Source: Marsupella aquatica (Eukaryota; Plantae; Marchantiophyta). From it: a DNA stretch of 64,000 nt. The translations under genes and the position numbers were made by a program. The first letter of the stretch is position 1, and every line of letters begins with the position of its first letter. The notes beneath the pieces were generated by a model that was given only the letters and a program-made list of their open reading frames with translations, was not told the origin of the DNA and did no database searches. This document shows, in pieces, positions 62,901-64,000 of the stretch. The stretch is taken from contig OZ316896.1 in assembly GCA_973895155.1 (NCBI GenBank), positions 20,572,754-20,636,753 of the forward strand, written 5' to 3'.

Positions 62901-63896
62901 GTAGGCTCAAGTTTTTCACATGCAACACCCAGTTAGAGCCTTAGTGCTTATGTGCAAAATATCACTTACTGTATATATTTCATACAAATCACACTCTGGT
63001 TTTGCTTGGTGACGTGACGTCTGCTGCACTGTAAGATCATGCTCAGAATCTACTGAAACTTTAATAAACTAAATAGTCAACCCGATTTGCCATATATATA
63101 TATATCATTTACAGTTACTACTTTGTGGATTTTGAATTTCTCAAGTTGGATGAATTTGTAATATCCTTTAGTTTTGTTTGGTGTGGAGTGACCAAGATTG
63201 CCGCTCAGTTTGGTTGTGGCAATGTGGCCACGGTTGTCACTATACATGTAAAAACAGCCTTGACAGCTGTTGACCGCTTCACAGCTTTTGACCTTGTTGT
63301 CCTATGTGGTAGAGTACTTACGGATGCATATTTATTAGTTCCAAGTCTTTTTTGATTAAAAGTTCCTGAGAAAACTTATTTAGACTCTCAGAATGGGAGA
63401 GTAATATCCACTGTGAAAAGCACTGTTGAGCTAAGAGGGAGGATAGTCCCCAGAGTCAGTAAGTGAGCATTCGTCCCATGAGGGCAGGAGCAGGAGTAGG
63501 TGGGACTAGTCCCAATGTAAAGCAGTAGGGCGGTAAGTAGTGTACGTGTTAGTAACAGTAGTGTGTTAGTTGAGCTTAGCATCTATCCTATTTAAATAGC
63601 CCCCTAAATTTCAACATTTTTGGCTTGGGATGACCTTTGTTCCTTTCTATTTTTCTGGGGATCAGTGGACTGATGTTGCCCCCGGCCCTTCGGCAGTTTT
63701 TGGATGTCTTATGTTCTCCTGGGTTACTATAGGGCTCTCATATTGTTCGATTCCCAAAATGAAAAGATACTCTTGAGTCCTACTACTCTTCTAAAGTCTA
63801 TTGCTTAGCTGCATGCCCCCGTCAATTCCTGTTCTTACCGGTTCTTCATTAATGTACTTTTGAGTAGGAGTTGTATACCATAATAATATATAGCGG

Positions 63897-63900
<4 letters not shown>

Positions 63901-63948
<48 letters not shown>
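63901..63948. repeat. (CT)24 microsatellite followed by a short (GT)n
   Basis: Read directly. Confidence 0.95.
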
Positions 63949-63950
<2 letters not shown>

Positions 63951-64000
63951 GCGTGTGTGTGTTTTTATCTGAGGACCAATGCAATACTACTCGGTAGTTG

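Overview
Intron-containing land-plant nuclear DNA. A liverwort-like bryophyte is inferred from the hydrolase-type NLR and the gene style; this is not proven. From left to right: (1) the 5' part of MSH3 on the minus strand, running off the left edge; (2) a TE-rich spacer; (3) an intact 9-exon APE1/slr0575 (DUF2854) thylakoid gene; (4) a ~18-kb tandem segmental duplication (about 14277-31255 vs 32414-46533) starting in APE1 intron 5, with one NLR immune-receptor gene per copy. The two NLRs have very similar NB-ARC exons and LRRs but unrelated N-termini. NLR-A is an alpha/beta-hydrolase-NB-LRR with Cys at the nucleophile position and a 2-bp LRR frameshift. NLR-B is intact, has a four-helix-bundle (MLKL/RPW8/Cbl-N-like) N-terminus, and keeps a decayed hydrolase-tail exon in frame, i.e. 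an apparent N-terminal domain swap. The copies differ by insertions: a PIF/Harbinger-type MITE, solo LTRs and a probable Helitron. To the right are a templated filler-DNA junction, two co-oriented disrupted transposase genes (DUF7869/Sola-like and CACTA-like with a BAH-like tail) and repeat-rich DNA. Exon boundaries were read by eye from GT-AG sites and frame continuity; no database searches were run.
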